Assembly (NCBI GenBank): GCA_964490285.1
Contig: CAZBCN010000006.1
Location: 13,720 to 77,719, forward strand
DNA length: 64,000 nt
Direction: 5' to 3'
Origin: an uncultured Gemmatimonas sp.
GTDB lineage: Bacteria > Gemmatimonadota > Gemmatimonadetes > Longimicrobiales > Gaopeijiaceae
This document shows positions 36,677-46,186 of the stretch, in pieces. The translations under genes and the position numbers were made by a program. The notes under the pieces were generated by a model that saw only the letters and a program-made list of their open reading frames with translations, made no database searches and was not told where the DNA came from. Every line of letters starts with the position of its first letter. Within the stretch, counting starts at the first letter, position 1.

Positions 36677-37693
36677 ATGGTTCGTAGGAGCCTGATCGCG
36701 GCAGCCCTGATCGCCGTGTCGTCCCCGGTGGCCGCCCAAGAGGAATACGCGTGGACGTCGGGTCGTCCCGACTCCGACGCCCCGATTGGCGTGCTCGGCG
36801 CGGCCACGCTCGACGCCGGCGCCCTGGAGCTCACGTACCGCTACAACCAGCAGAACTCGCGCGGCGTCTGGTTCTCGACGGACTCGCTGCCGCTCGCGAC
36901 CACTCTGCAGCTCTACACGGTCGCACCCCTGACCCTGTCGAACATCACCCACAGCGTCACCGCCTCGTACGGCGTGAGCGATCGGCTCACGCTCATGGGC
37001 ACCGCGGAGTTCTCGCTGATCGAGCGCGAGCAGATCACGAACGGCGGCGTTCTGTACATCACGGGCGTCGAGGCCCTGGGCGACGTTACCGCATCCGCCC
37101 TCTACGAGGTGTATCGCGGGGGTGCGTACCGGATGAACATGTCCCTTGGCGCGGTCCTACCGACAGGCGCGTCCCGGACGTATGCGGACACCCCGTTCGG
37201 CGCCGACCAGGCTCTACCGTACGACCAGCGGCCCAGCGGCGGCGCCTTCGCGGTCATGCCCGGTGCCAGCGCTCAGGTGCAGAACGAGGTCGCCTCGCTC
37301 GGCGCGCAGTTCAAGGCCAGGATTCACGTCGGCGAAGGGGTATCGGACTACACCCCCGGAGACCGCTACCAGGCCGATGGTTGGGCCGCGTACCGCGTCA
37401 ACAGCGTGTTGAGCGTATCGGCCGGACTCCGGTGGCAGATCTGGGGGCGGCTCGAGGGCGCGGATCCGCAGCTGCTCCCGACCCAGGACCCCGGCAACGA
37501 CAACGTCACGGGCATGGCAGGTGGTCAGCGGGCCGACATGCCGATCGGCGTGAACTTCCTCATGCCCGAGGGCTCGGTCCTCGGCGGACACAAGCTCGCC
37601 GTCGAGGCCATCTACGCGATGCACCACGACTACGAGGGCGTGCGGCTCGGACTCGACTGGGGACTCAACTTCGGCTGGACGATGCCCTTCTGA
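36677..37693 (+). CDS. outer-membrane beta-barrel protein (MetA-pathway/transporter-like, tentative)
   Basis: GGAGGA SD. Signal peptide MVRRSLIAAALIAVSSPVAAQ. Alternating beta pattern and a C-terminal ...NFGWTMPF. Confidence 0.55.
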   Translation: MVRRSLIAAALIAVSSPVAAQEEYAWTSGRPDSDAPIGVLGAATLDAGALELTYRYNQQNSRGVWFSTDSLPLATTLQLYTVAPLTLSNITHSVTASYGVSDRLTLMGTAEFSLIEREQITNGGVLYITGVEALGDVTASALYEVYRGGAYRMNMSLGAVLPTGASRTYADTPFGADQALPYDQRPSGGAFAVMPGASAQVQNEVASLGAQFKARIHVGEGVSDYTPGDRYQADGWAAYRVNSVLSVSAGLRWQIWGRLEGADPQLLPTQDPGNDNVTGMAGGQRADMPIGVNFLMPEGSVLGGHKLAVEAIYAMHHDYEGVRLGLDWGLNFGWTMPF

Positions 37694-37714
37694 GGCATTC
37701 CGCCAAGGTCGGAC

Positions 37715-37752
37715 CAGAGAGCGCCCGGGGAGACACCCCCGGGCGCTCTCTG
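37715..37752. terminator. 16-bp perfect hairpin between convergent genes
   Basis: CAGAGAGCGCCCGGGG-AGACAC-CCCCGGGCGCTCTCTG followed by CTTTCTC. Confidence 0.6.
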
Positions 37753-37757
37753 CTTTC

Positions 37758-39053
37758 TCAGCCCCGGATGCCGATCAAGTGGTACCGCTTCTTCCCCATG
37801 CGGATGAGGATGAAGCGCCCCTCGATCGCGTCTCGCATGGTGACGGCCCGCGCGACGTCGTCCACGCGGACGTTGTTCACGTAGACCCCACCGCCCTCGA
37901 TCGACCGCCGGGCATCGCCCTTGGAGCTGGCCACCCCGGTTTCGGGCAACAGGTCGACCAGGGCCTTCCCGTCGCCCCCCAGCACCTCTTTGGCGACGTC
38001 GTGCGACGGCACGTCCGCGAAGATGTCCGCGATGTCGTCGGCGCCGAGTCCTTCCACCTCACCACCGAACAAGGCACGCGTCGCCTGCTGGGCGCGGACG
38101 AGTCCGGCCTCTCCGTGCAGCCGGCGCGTCACGTCGTCCGCGAGCGCCCTCTGCGCGGAGCGCTTCTCCGGCGCCGAGGCGACGTCGTGCGCGAGCTCCG
38201 CGATGCGACCGACGTCGAGCAAGGTGAAGAACTTCAGGTACTTCACCACGTCGGCATCGTCGACGTTGATCCAGTACTGGTAGAAGCGGAACGGGGACGT
38301 CAGCGCGGCGTCGAGCCAAACGGCTCCTTCCTCCGTCTTGCCGAACTTCACGCCTGAGGCCTGCGTGATGAGCGGGAAGACCACGCCGTAGGCGCGCGCG
38401 CCCTCAACGCGACGCACGAGATCGATGCCCGACGTGATGTTTCCCCACTGGTCGCTCCCCCCCATCTGCACCGTGCACCCCTCGGATCGGTACAGCTCGA
38501 GGAAGTCGTAGGACTGGAGCAGAGCGTAGGAGAACTCCGTGAACGAGATGCCGGTCTCCTCGGTCGCCAGGCGACGCTTCACCGACTCCTTGGCGAGCAT
38601 CTGATTCACCGAAAAGTGTTTGCCGATGTCGCGCAGGAAGTCGACGAGCGACAGCCCGCCGAGCCAGTCCAGGTTGTTGCGCATGCGAGCGGGGTTGGAC
38701 TTCACCTCGAAGTCCAGGAAGTGCTCGAGCTGCGCGCGGATCGCTTCGGTATTGGCCGCAACCTGCTCTTTCGTCAGGAGCCGCCGCTCGGAGGTCTTCC
38801 CCGACGGATCGCCGATCAGGCCCGTGCCCCCACCCACGAGGGCGATCGGCGTGTGGCCGGCGCGCTGTGCGTGTACGAGCCCCATGATCGGGAGCAGGGT
38901 GCCGATATGTAGGCTGGCTCCGGTGGGATCGAACCCGATGTAGACGGTTCTCCGTGCCTCGGCGAAGTGCTCCGCGGCGCCCTCCGTCGCGTCGTGGAGC
39001 AACCCCCTCCACTGCAGCTCGTCGAGCACGGACGTCGGGATCGGTGCGCTCAC
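37758..39053 (-). CDS. tyrS: tyrosine--tRNA ligase
   Basis: GTG start 39053 (VSAPIPTSVLDELQWRGLL). GFDPTGASLHIGT is the HIGH motif and KFGKTEEG is the KMSKS-like motif. C-terminal S4 domain. Confidence 0.9.
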   Translation of the reverse strand: MSAPIPTSVLDELQWRGLLHDATEGAAEHFAEARRTVYIGFDPTGASLHIGTLLPIMGLVHAQRAGHTPIALVGGGTGLIGDPSGKTSERRLLTKEQVAANTEAIRAQLEHFLDFEVKSNPARMRNNLDWLGGLSLVDFLRDIGKHFSVNQMLAKESVKRRLATEETGISFTEFSYALLQSYDFLELYRSEGCTVQMGGSDQWGNITSGIDLVRRVEGARAYGVVFPLITQASGVKFGKTEEGAVWLDAALTSPFRFYQYWINVDDADVVKYLKFFTLLDVGRIAELAHDVASAPEKRSAQRALADDVTRRLHGEAGLVRAQQATRALFGGEVEGLGADDIADIFADVPSHDVAKEVLGGDGKALVDLLPETGVASSKGDARRSIEGGGVYVNNVRVDDVARAVTMRDAIEGRFILIRMGKKRYHLIGIRG

Positions 39054-39054
39054 G

Positions 39055-39585
39055 CTACCAGCCCTTGCGCGCCCGCAGGCCCGTGATGTGCGCGACGTGA
39101 TGCGCGCCGTGCCACCCATAGAGCTCGACGAGCGTATCGACCGTGATGTCCCCCATCTCCGGGTGATGGAGCGGGCGTGTGAACTGCTCGGGCGTGAGGG
39201 AGTCCAGCAGGACCGTCCAACGCGCGTGGATCCCCTCGAGGACCGAGAGCGACACCTCGACCGGCAGCGTCCTCGCATCCGGCAGCTCTGCCCACAGCTT
39301 CTCCTGGTAGGGGCGGACGGTCGGCTTGTCCTCGGTGATGGCGAGCTTGAACCGGATGTACGCGTTGAGGTGCGAGTCCGCCACGTGGTGCACGACCTGT
39401 CGCACCGTCCACCCGCCGTCGCGATACGGGGTGTCGAGCTGCGCGTCGCCGAGACCTGCGACGGCGGTACGCAGCTTCGAGGGGTGGATCCGGATCGCGT
39501 GCGTTCGGGCGGCCCTCTCGTCCTGTGTGAGCGGTCGCTTCACCGACGAGAATCGACCGGTGGGGTACCTCAGATCATCGGACAT
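39055..39585 (-). CDS. DinB/YfiT-family metal-dependent (thiol transferase-like) protein
   Basis: HHVADSHLNAYIRF and WHGAHHVAHI His triad motifs. Start is ATG 39585 or 39597. Confidence 0.8.
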   Translation of the reverse strand: MSDDLRYPTGRFSSVKRPLTQDERAARTHAIRIHPSKLRTAVAGLGDAQLDTPYRDGGWTVRQVVHHVADSHLNAYIRFKLAITEDKPTVRPYQEKLWAELPDARTLPVEVSLSVLEGIHARWTVLLDSLTPEQFTRPLHHPEMGDITVDTLVELYGWHGAHHVAHITGLRARKGW

Positions 39586-39664
39586 GGCTGCGTCCATGCG
39601 GGCAGTCCTCGTTGGGAGTCCTCGGTTTGCGTCGAAGCGCGAATCTTCCCACGGTTCCCCGGCC

Positions 39665-39982
39665 ATGTCCAGCCGCGCCCGCATCTACGCCGCCGTCCAG
39701 AGGATCCCCCGCGGCCGCGTGGCCACCTATGGCGCGGTCGCCACGGCCGCAGGAATTCCTGGGCACCCGCGGCAGGTGGGCTACGCGCTCGCCGCGCTCG
39801 AGGACGACTCCGACGTGCCGTGGCATCGGGTGGTCAACGCGCGCGGCCAGGTGAGCGTGCGGGCTCGGGACCCCGCGGCCGAACGGCTCCAACGCGTCCT
39901 CCTGGAGTCCGAGGGTGTGCGTTTCGATCCGCACGGGCGCATAGACCTCATGGTCTTTGCAGTCAAGCCACAACACCGATAA
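39665..39982 (+). CDS. alkyltransferase-like protein (MGMT DNA-binding fold; active-site Cys replaced by Trp)
   Basis: IYAAVQRIPRGRVATYGAVA...PWHRVVNARG, with PWHRV in place of PCHRV. Confidence 0.75.
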   Translation: MSSRARIYAAVQRIPRGRVATYGAVATAAGIPGHPRQVGYALAALEDDSDVPWHRVVNARGQVSVRARDPAAERLQRVLLESEGVRFDPHGRIDLMVFAVKPQHR

Positions 39983-39992
39983 AATCGGTTTT
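39975..39992 (+). terminator. weak hairpin ACCGAT-AAA-ATCGGT plus TTT, overlapping the stop codon
   Basis: Read directly. The stem is only 6 bp. Confidence 0.3.
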
Positions 39993-40003
39993 ACAGGTTA
40001 TTC

Positions 40004-40032
40004 TTGACCTGAACCTGAAAACGTTGTGTTAT
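40004..40032 (+). promoter_or_regulatory. possible promoter TTGACC-17nt-TGTTAT, implying a near-leaderless CGNR mRNA
   Basis: AT-rich spacer. The -10 element ends 9 nt before ATG 40042. No SD is visible. Confidence 0.3.
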
Positions 40033-40041
40033 ACGGTTATC

Positions 40042-40638
40042 ATGGCGCCCGAAGCCACTCCTGACGTCGCCCTCGGCAGCCTCGCCCTGGACTTCCTCCA
40101 CACCCTACGCCGGACCAGGCACGGGACGGTGGATCTCGTCCATACGCCCGAAGACCTGGTTGGATGGCTCACAGCCCATCCAGAGGGTGGCCTCGGCGCC
40201 GAGTCTCAGGCCCCCATCGGGGTGCCCGCCGCGCGCGCGCTATTGACCGAAGCCCGCCGTCTACGCGCAGACATCGGGGCCCTCGTGGAGGCTCACGCCC
40301 GGAGGCAGGAGCCCCCCAGCCTCGCCACGCACGGCATCCAACGCGTCCTCTCCGCCACCCACTGGTCGTGGCACCTGGAGCGAACGCCCGGCGGCCCGCG
40401 CCTCGTCGAGCGTGCGGCCGGTGACATGCCGATCTGCCTGCTCGGCCCGGTCGCACTCGCGGCCGCGCGCCTGGTGACGCGCGTGGAGCCCTCGCGGCTC
40501 CGGGCGTGCGCCTCGGCCCGGTGCGGGGCCTGGTTCGTCGACACGAGCAAGGGGGGGCGGCGGCGGTGGTGCTCGATGGCGCGCTGCGGCAATCGCGCGA
40601 AGGCGGCCACTCACCGCTCGAGGAAGCAGCCGGGTTGA
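40042..40638 (+). CDS. CGNR zinc-finger (ABATE-domain) protein
   Basis: C-terminus CASARCGAWFVDTSKGGRRRWCSMARCGNRAKAATHR. Confidence 0.8.
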   Translation: MAPEATPDVALGSLALDFLHTLRRTRHGTVDLVHTPEDLVGWLTAHPEGGLGAESQAPIGVPAARALLTEARRLRADIGALVEAHARRQEPPSLATHGIQRVLSATHWSWHLERTPGGPRLVERAAGDMPICLLGPVALAAARLVTRVEPSRLRACASARCGAWFVDTSKGGRRRWCSMARCGNRAKAATHRSRKQPG

Positions 40639-40734
40639 GGCCGATGGCGGCCGGGGCCGTCGACGAGACCGCTTGCCGCGCGGGGAGCCGACTCGTATCT
40701 CCACCGGCAGCCGCATCCCATCCAGAGGTGGTCC

Positions 40735-41388
40735 ATGCGTGATACGATCCTCCGCGTCGCCACACTCGTCTTCGCGACCGCGTCATCCCTGAGCGCACAG
40801 GCAAACCCGACCCACCTGCACATCGGATATCTGGCGGACGCCTACCCCGGTACGCCGAGCGGAGGAGGTCTTCTGGCCACGGCCGCAGCCGAGGCCGAAA
40901 TCGCCGCCGAGCATGCCGAGCTGGCGGTTGCCGCCAGGTCCAACTTCGAGGACGTGAGGCTCCATGTCGGGCACGTGCTCCACGCCCTCGACCCTACGCT
41001 CACCGCCGAAGGCCCCGGGCTCGGCTACGGCGTGAGACGGGCCGTCGCCGACGCCGCGACCCACATTGGCTTGATCACGGCGGACTCGGCTGCGTCGGAC
41101 AACGTGAAGCTACACGCGGCTCATATCTCCGCTGCGATCGCGAACGCGGTGGAGCGAGCTGACATGATGGTTTCGCTGGCCCGACAGATCGAGGCGGCCG
41201 GCTCGGGCGCCTCAGCGGATCCGCTGATCGATCAGTTGAACGCCCTCGGCGCGGCCCTCGTCCAAGGCAGGGACGCCGATGGCGACGGCCGAGCCGGAGC
41301 GCGGCCCGGCGAGGGCGGTCTGCGGCAGGCCATTCAACACATGACCCTCCTGAAGCGCGGCGAGGGACGAATCGGAGATCAACCATGA
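40735..41388 (+). CDS. exported hypothetical protein: His-containing, Ala-rich and helical
   Basis: Signal peptide ...ASSLSAQA. Repeated H-x-G/A-H segments (HLHIGYL, HVGHVLHAL, HAAHISAA). No family recognised. Confidence 0.5.
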   Translation: MRDTILRVATLVFATASSLSAQANPTHLHIGYLADAYPGTPSGGGLLATAAAEAEIAAEHAELAVAARSNFEDVRLHVGHVLHALDPTLTAEGPGLGYGVRRAVADAATHIGLITADSAASDNVKLHAAHISAAIANAVERADMMVSLARQIEAAGSGASADPLIDQLNALGAALVQGRDADGDGRAGARPGEGGLRQAIQHMTLLKRGEGRIGDQP

Positions 41389-42635
41389 ATCGAAGCTCGG
41401 GCCTCATCGTCGCGACCCTGATCGTGGCCACTGCCTGCGGCACGGAAAGCACCGCGACCGCCTACACCGGGGCGATCGTGTGGGATGGAACCGGCGCTCC
41501 AGCCGCGGCGGCAACGCTCGTGGTCGACAGCGGCCGGATCGTCGCGGTCGGCGCGGGCGTCGAACCGCCCCGCGGCGCCACCGTCGTGCCCCTCGACGGC
41601 AAGTACGTGATCCCCGGGTTGATCGAGACCCACGGCCACGTCACCGGAGCGTGGGCGCCCGAGGAGGTCACGGATCCGGTGGAGCGCGTGCGCGGCGATC
41701 TGTTGCTGTACGCGCGCTACGGAGTCACGACGGTCAACAGCCTCGGCGACGACGCGCCGACGCTCGCGGCTCGCGATGCGGCCTCCCCCAGGGACCCTCG
41801 GGCGCGCCTCCTCGCCGCCGGTCCGGTGGTGGCCGCGAACGATCCTGTGGCGGCGCGCGCCGCCGCGACGGCCAACGCCGATGCCGGCGTCGACTGGCTC
41901 AAGCTGCGTGTCGACGACAATCTGGGATCCGCCCAGAAGATGCCATGGGAGGCCGTCGCAGCCGTCATGGAGGTGGGGCGGGAGCGCGGCATCCGGGTCG
42001 CGACGCACCTCTTCTATCTGGGGGACGCGAAGAGGCTCCTCGAGCTGGGCACCGGACTCCTGGCGCATTCGGTGCGGGATACCGATGTGGACGCGGAGTT
42101 CATCGCGAGCCTTCGATCTAGTGGCGCCTGCTACGTGCCTACGCTCGTGCGCGAGGTGAGCACGTTCGTGTACGCGGAGCGCCCCACCTGGTTCGACGAC
42201 CCGTTCTTCGTCGCGTACGCCCACCGTGGCGAACTCGAAAGGGCTTCGGATCCTCGGTTCATGGCGGAGATGCGCCAGAGCGCGTCGGCGGCCGCGTATC
42301 GGGTCGCGCTCGGCCAGGCCCAGCGGAACCTGAAGGTGCTCTCGGACGAGGGGATCCCGATCGCGATGGGGACCGACGCCGGACCCGCTGTGCGTTTCCC
42401 CGGCTACTTCGAGCACATGGAGCTTCAGCTCATGGCCGACGCCGGCCTCTCTCCCGAGCAGATTCTCCGCAGCGCGACCGGCGTCGCGGCCCAATGTCTG
42501 GAACTCCCGGACGTCGGGACGCTCGAGCCTGGCAAGTGGGCGGATTTTCTGGTGCTCGGAGCCGATCCCCTTCGAGACATCCAGGCGACGCGACGTCTGG
42601 AGCGCGTCTTCATCGGAGGCAGCGAGGTTCGATGA
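41385..42635 (+). CDS. amidohydrolase-family lipoprotein
   Basis: Lipobox LIVATAC. PGLIETHGHV metal-binding motif and GTDAG. ATGA overlap. Confidence 0.8.
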   Translation: MNRSSGLIVATLIVATACGTESTATAYTGAIVWDGTGAPAAAATLVVDSGRIVAVGAGVEPPRGATVVPLDGKYVIPGLIETHGHVTGAWAPEEVTDPVERVRGDLLLYARYGVTTVNSLGDDAPTLAARDAASPRDPRARLLAAGPVVAANDPVAARAAATANADAGVDWLKLRVDDNLGSAQKMPWEAVAAVMEVGRERGIRVATHLFYLGDAKRLLELGTGLLAHSVRDTDVDAEFIASLRSSGACYVPTLVREVSTFVYAERPTWFDDPFFVAYAHRGELERASDPRFMAEMRQSASAAAYRVALGQAQRNLKVLSDEGIPIAMGTDAGPAVRFPGYFEHMELQLMADAGLSPEQILRSATGVAAQCLELPDVGTLEPGKWADFLVLGADPLRDIQATRRLERVFIGGSEVR

Positions 42636-42645
42636 AGTGCTACGT

Positions 42646-43539
42646 CTACCAGGGCCGTCGCTCGATGTTGGGCACCGGTCCGGACGTGCGCGAGGGTCGC
42701 GTGGCGCGTCGAGTAGCCATGTCGTAGCCATCGCCCGGCGCCAGAAAATAGAACGTACCATCACGACCCGTCGTGGTACGGCGGTCGTAGATGAGCGCGT
42801 ACGATTCGCCGATCACCTCGAAGAAGTCGCCCCGCACGATGATCGCCGTGTCTTCGTCGAGCCCGATCCCCAACAAGTCGGGACGGGCATCCAGCAGCTC
42901 GAGCATGTCGAAGTGCCGGTTGCGCCGGAGCACGTGCTGGTCGATCGCGACCCCACGGAGGTACCCGAACCCCTCCTGATGATCGCCCATGATGATCTCG
43001 TTGGTGTTCGTGTCGCCGCGGACGAGAAACGAACCGAGAACCGAAGCCCCCGCCGACGTGCCGCCGATGACGCCCCCGCGCTCCAGCACCCGGCGTAGCT
43101 CCTCCTCCGTCCTGGTGCCGGCGTACGCCTCGACGAGGCGAAACTGCCGCCCGCCGAAGAAGAAGACGCCTCGGGCCGTGGTCAGCGGCTCGACGAACTC
43201 CTCCGTGTCGGCGGTCGTCCGGTCGATGGTGTGCAGGACCGTCAGGTTACGCGCCCCGTGCTCTCGCCAGGCGCCGAGGCCCGCGTAGGAGTCGTCGTAC
43301 TCGTCGTCGCCCGCCGCCGTCGGGATCAACACGATGTGGGCGCTCGGCCCGCCCGCGAGATCGATGAATGCCCGGTAGATCTCCTCGGACGCCATCGCCC
43401 CACCGACCACGACCAGCGCACCGTTTTCTGGCCCGACGCGGGTCGTCTGCGCCCCGACTGGCACGCACGTCGTAGCGAGGCCCGCCAGGAGGCCGAGTGC
43501 CCGCCAACGGGGCGCCAGGTGGACTCTCTCCCTGTCCAT
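42646..43539 (-). CDS. cyanophycinase-like peptidase S51
   Basis: ATG 43539 (MDRERVHL...). Signal peptide. FFFGGRQ and GGTSAGASVLG (Ser nucleophile). Confidence 0.75.
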   Translation of the reverse strand: MDRERVHLAPRWRALGLLAGLATTCVPVGAQTTRVGPENGALVVVGGAMASEEIYRAFIDLAGGPSAHIVLIPTAAGDDEYDDSYAGLGAWREHGARNLTVLHTIDRTTADTEEFVEPLTTARGVFFFGGRQFRLVEAYAGTRTEEELRRVLERGGVIGGTSAGASVLGSFLVRGDTNTNEIIMGDHQEGFGYLRGVAIDQHVLRRNRHFDMLELLDARPDLLGIGLDEDTAIIVRGDFFEVIGESYALIYDRRTTTGRDGTFYFLAPGDGYDMATRRATRPSRTSGPVPNIERRPW

Positions 43540-43668
43540 CTCGTCCCTCCGCGGAGTCGGCGCCGGCGAACGCCGGAGCCGAAATCGAACATGGCCCTGC
43601 CGCGGCCAGGGCAGCAAGAGTGCTGTCGGCGCTCGACGCTCACTGTAGATTCGCGCGCGACCCCTTCC

Positions 43669-45222
43669 ATGAGACAGGATCCGCGGCGCATGCCCATCGA
43701 GCCCATCACCCGACGCCAACTCCTGAAGAGCTTCGGCGCGCTCGGTGGCTCGTCCCTCATGCTCGGCGCGATGGACGCCTGGGGGCTCAAGGGCCCCCCC
43801 GCGGGCCCGAAGCCGACGTGGCGCGGCGCACAGCCCAAGGCGCGCGTGGTCGTCTTGGGAGGCGGGCTCGCCGGCCTGATCGTCGGCCACGAGCTCCGAA
43901 AGCTCGACTACGACTGCCGGGTGCTCGAGGCACGAGACTGGTCCGGCGGGCTCCTCTGGACGGTGCGCCGCGGATCCGAGCACACCGAGATCGGCGGCGA
44001 GCGACAGGTCTGCGACTTCGACGAGGGCCAGTACATCAATGTGGGAGCCTGGCGCATCCCACACTCCGACCAGGGCATCCTCGGCTACTGCAAGGAGCTC
44101 GGGGTTCGGCTCGAGCTCTTCGTGAACGCCGATGACGCCAACTACTTCTACCAGGAGAACGCCGCGATCGGTCGCCTCTCCGGAAAGCGAGTTCGGCTGC
44201 GCGAGGTGAAGGCGGATCTGTGGGGCGCTACCACCGAGTTGCTCGCCAAGGCCATGAATCGCGGCGACATCGACGTCCCGTTGAGCGACGCGGACAAGGA
44301 GCTGCTCGTCCAGTTCCTCGTGCGCTCGGGGTATCTCGACAATGCCGACCAGGTGTACCGTCCACCGGCGTCGCGCGGCTCGGACGACGTGTACGACCTG
44401 TCGGAGCTGCTCCGCTCCGGCTTCGGCGCGCGTGCCCGCTCACTCAACCAGGAGACGGGCGGCCCCGCTCCGCTCTTCCAGCCCGTCGGCGGCATGCAGC
44501 AGATCGCCTTCGCGTTCCAACGCGCGCTGGGCGACAGGCTGGCGCTCGGTGCCGAGGTCCGCTCGGTCCGTCAGACCGCGGACGAGGTGCGGATCGTCTA
44601 CCGCGACGTGCGCACGGGCGAGGACCGCGAGATCGTGGCGGACTACTGCGTCTCGTGCCTGCCGATGTCGATCCTGAAGACCATCGACATCAACCTGTCG
44701 CCCCAGATGGCTCAGGCCGTGAGTGAGACCGCCCACGCCTCCATTGCCAAGATGGGCCTGCAGATGCGGCGGCGCTTCTGGGAGGAGGACGACGGAATCT
44801 TCGGCGGCCATCTCTGGGCCCCCGGCCTCCAGCTGGGCGAGTTCTCGTACCCGAGCAACGATTATTTTTCGGCGAAGGGTGTGCTGCTGGGTTACTACGG
44901 GAGCAGCCTACAAGCGGGACTCGACCGGCTGCCCGTGCGAGACCGCATCGAGCACGTGCTCACCCAAGCGAGCAAGGTGCACCCCCAGATCCGAGAGGAG
45001 TTCGAGTCCGGCTACTGCGTGTGGTGGGAGAAGGTCCCGTACAGCGCGGGGGCCTACGGCAGGAGCCCGTCGTCCGATCTGCTCGCGAGGCTCAGCGTGC
45101 CGGACGGGCGGGTCTATCTCGCTTCGGCGGGAGCGAGCACGGATCCCTCCTGGATGGAGGGGGCCGTGGAGGCCGCGTGGCGCGCCGTCGAGGGGATCCA
45201 CGGCCGGGTGTCCCGGGGCTGA
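43669..45222 (+). CDS. Tat-exported flavin amine oxidase / L-amino-acid oxidase family protein
   Basis: Tat motif TRRQLLKSFGALGG. FAD fold VVVLGGGLAGLIVGHELRK...VLEARDWSGG. Alternative start at 43690. Confidence 0.8.
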   Translation: MRQDPRRMPIEPITRRQLLKSFGALGGSSLMLGAMDAWGLKGPPAGPKPTWRGAQPKARVVVLGGGLAGLIVGHELRKLDYDCRVLEARDWSGGLLWTVRRGSEHTEIGGERQVCDFDEGQYINVGAWRIPHSDQGILGYCKELGVRLELFVNADDANYFYQENAAIGRLSGKRVRLREVKADLWGATTELLAKAMNRGDIDVPLSDADKELLVQFLVRSGYLDNADQVYRPPASRGSDDVYDLSELLRSGFGARARSLNQETGGPAPLFQPVGGMQQIAFAFQRALGDRLALGAEVRSVRQTADEVRIVYRDVRTGEDREIVADYCVSCLPMSILKTIDINLSPQMAQAVSETAHASIAKMGLQMRRRFWEEDDGIFGGHLWAPGLQLGEFSYPSNDYFSAKGVLLGYYGSSLQAGLDRLPVRDRIEHVLTQASKVHPQIREEFESGYCVWWEKVPYSAGAYGRSPSSDLLARLSVPDGRVYLASAGASTDPSWMEGAVEAAWRAVEGIHGRVSRG

Positions 45223-45235
45223 GTCGGCGCCGCAG

Positions 45236-46135
45236 CTATCGATCTCGAGCCGGCGGCCCGAACAAGGCCTTGGCCCCATCCCCGGTGATCTGCGGGCTCT
45301 GACCCAGCTCCTCGTACTCGAGCCGCTCGGCGACGCGGCGCAGTACGTCCTCGTAGGTCGCGGACGGCGTAACCTCGCCGAGCGCCTCCGCCAGGTAGCG
45401 CGTGAACATCCCTCCGTGCTCGCCGCCGGGAGAGGCGGTGGCATCGAGCGGGCCCTCGAGCGCGGCCTGATTGGGCGCCGCCGCCGCGAGCTCGAGAATG
45501 CTCGTCGCCGCGTCGGCCATGGACTCGGGATCGTACCGCTGGCGAACCACCGCAGGCTCCCTACCGCCCTCGGAGGGGACCGCACGCTCGAGCGAGCGCG
45601 TCCGCATGTTCGCGGCCCGTGTGGCGGTGCCCGAGTGGCAGCTGTCCAAGATGACCACGACGTCCGTACGGATCGTCGACAGCCAGGCGCGAAACTCGTC
45701 GTCGCGGATGTCGTTCGCGCTCGACAGCGGCAGGACATCGACCGGAGCGAGCGTCTCGTCGAGGCCGTCCGGCTCGTCGCCGTCGAGGTCGTAGACCTGG
45801 GACCCGTGCCCCGCGAAGTAGAAGATCGCGAGGTCACCAGGGGCTGCGCGGCCGGCGAGCCAGACCGTGATCGCCTCACGGATCGCCTCCTTCGTCGCCT
45901 CGCGCCCCAACAGGGCCATCGAGTTCGCCGGGTCCAGTCCCCAACGCTCGACGAGCACGTCCCTCATGACGCGCGCGTCCCGCTCGGCGCCGAGCAGGTC
46001 GCCTCCCGGCTCGTCGTCGAACTCGATGTAGTCGTTGATGCCCACGAAGACGGCATACTTCGTCTGTGCGAGCGCCGGGGGCGCGACCGACGACGCAGCG
46101 AGCACGAGGAGGAGCGGCAGGGCGCGCGGGGACAT
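45236..46135 (-). CDS. exported caspase-family (C14) protein, single domain
   Basis: Signal peptide MSPRALPLLLVLAASSVAPPALAQ. Motifs IFYFAGHGSQ and VVILDSCHSGT. Confidence 0.85.
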   Translation of the reverse strand: MSPRALPLLLVLAASSVAPPALAQTKYAVFVGINDYIEFDDEPGGDLLGAERDARVMRDVLVERWGLDPANSMALLGREATKEAIREAITVWLAGRAAPGDLAIFYFAGHGSQVYDLDGDEPDGLDETLAPVDVLPLSSANDIRDDEFRAWLSTIRTDVVVILDSCHSGTATRAANMRTRSLERAVPSEGGREPAVVRQRYDPESMADAATSILELAAAAPNQAALEGPLDATASPGGEHGGMFTRYLAEALGEVTPSATYEDVLRRVAERLEYEELGQSPQITGDGAKALFGPPARDR

Positions 46136-46186
46136 GGAGCGTGCTACCCGCGATAGGCCTGATTGGCTCGATGCCACGTGTGTGGG

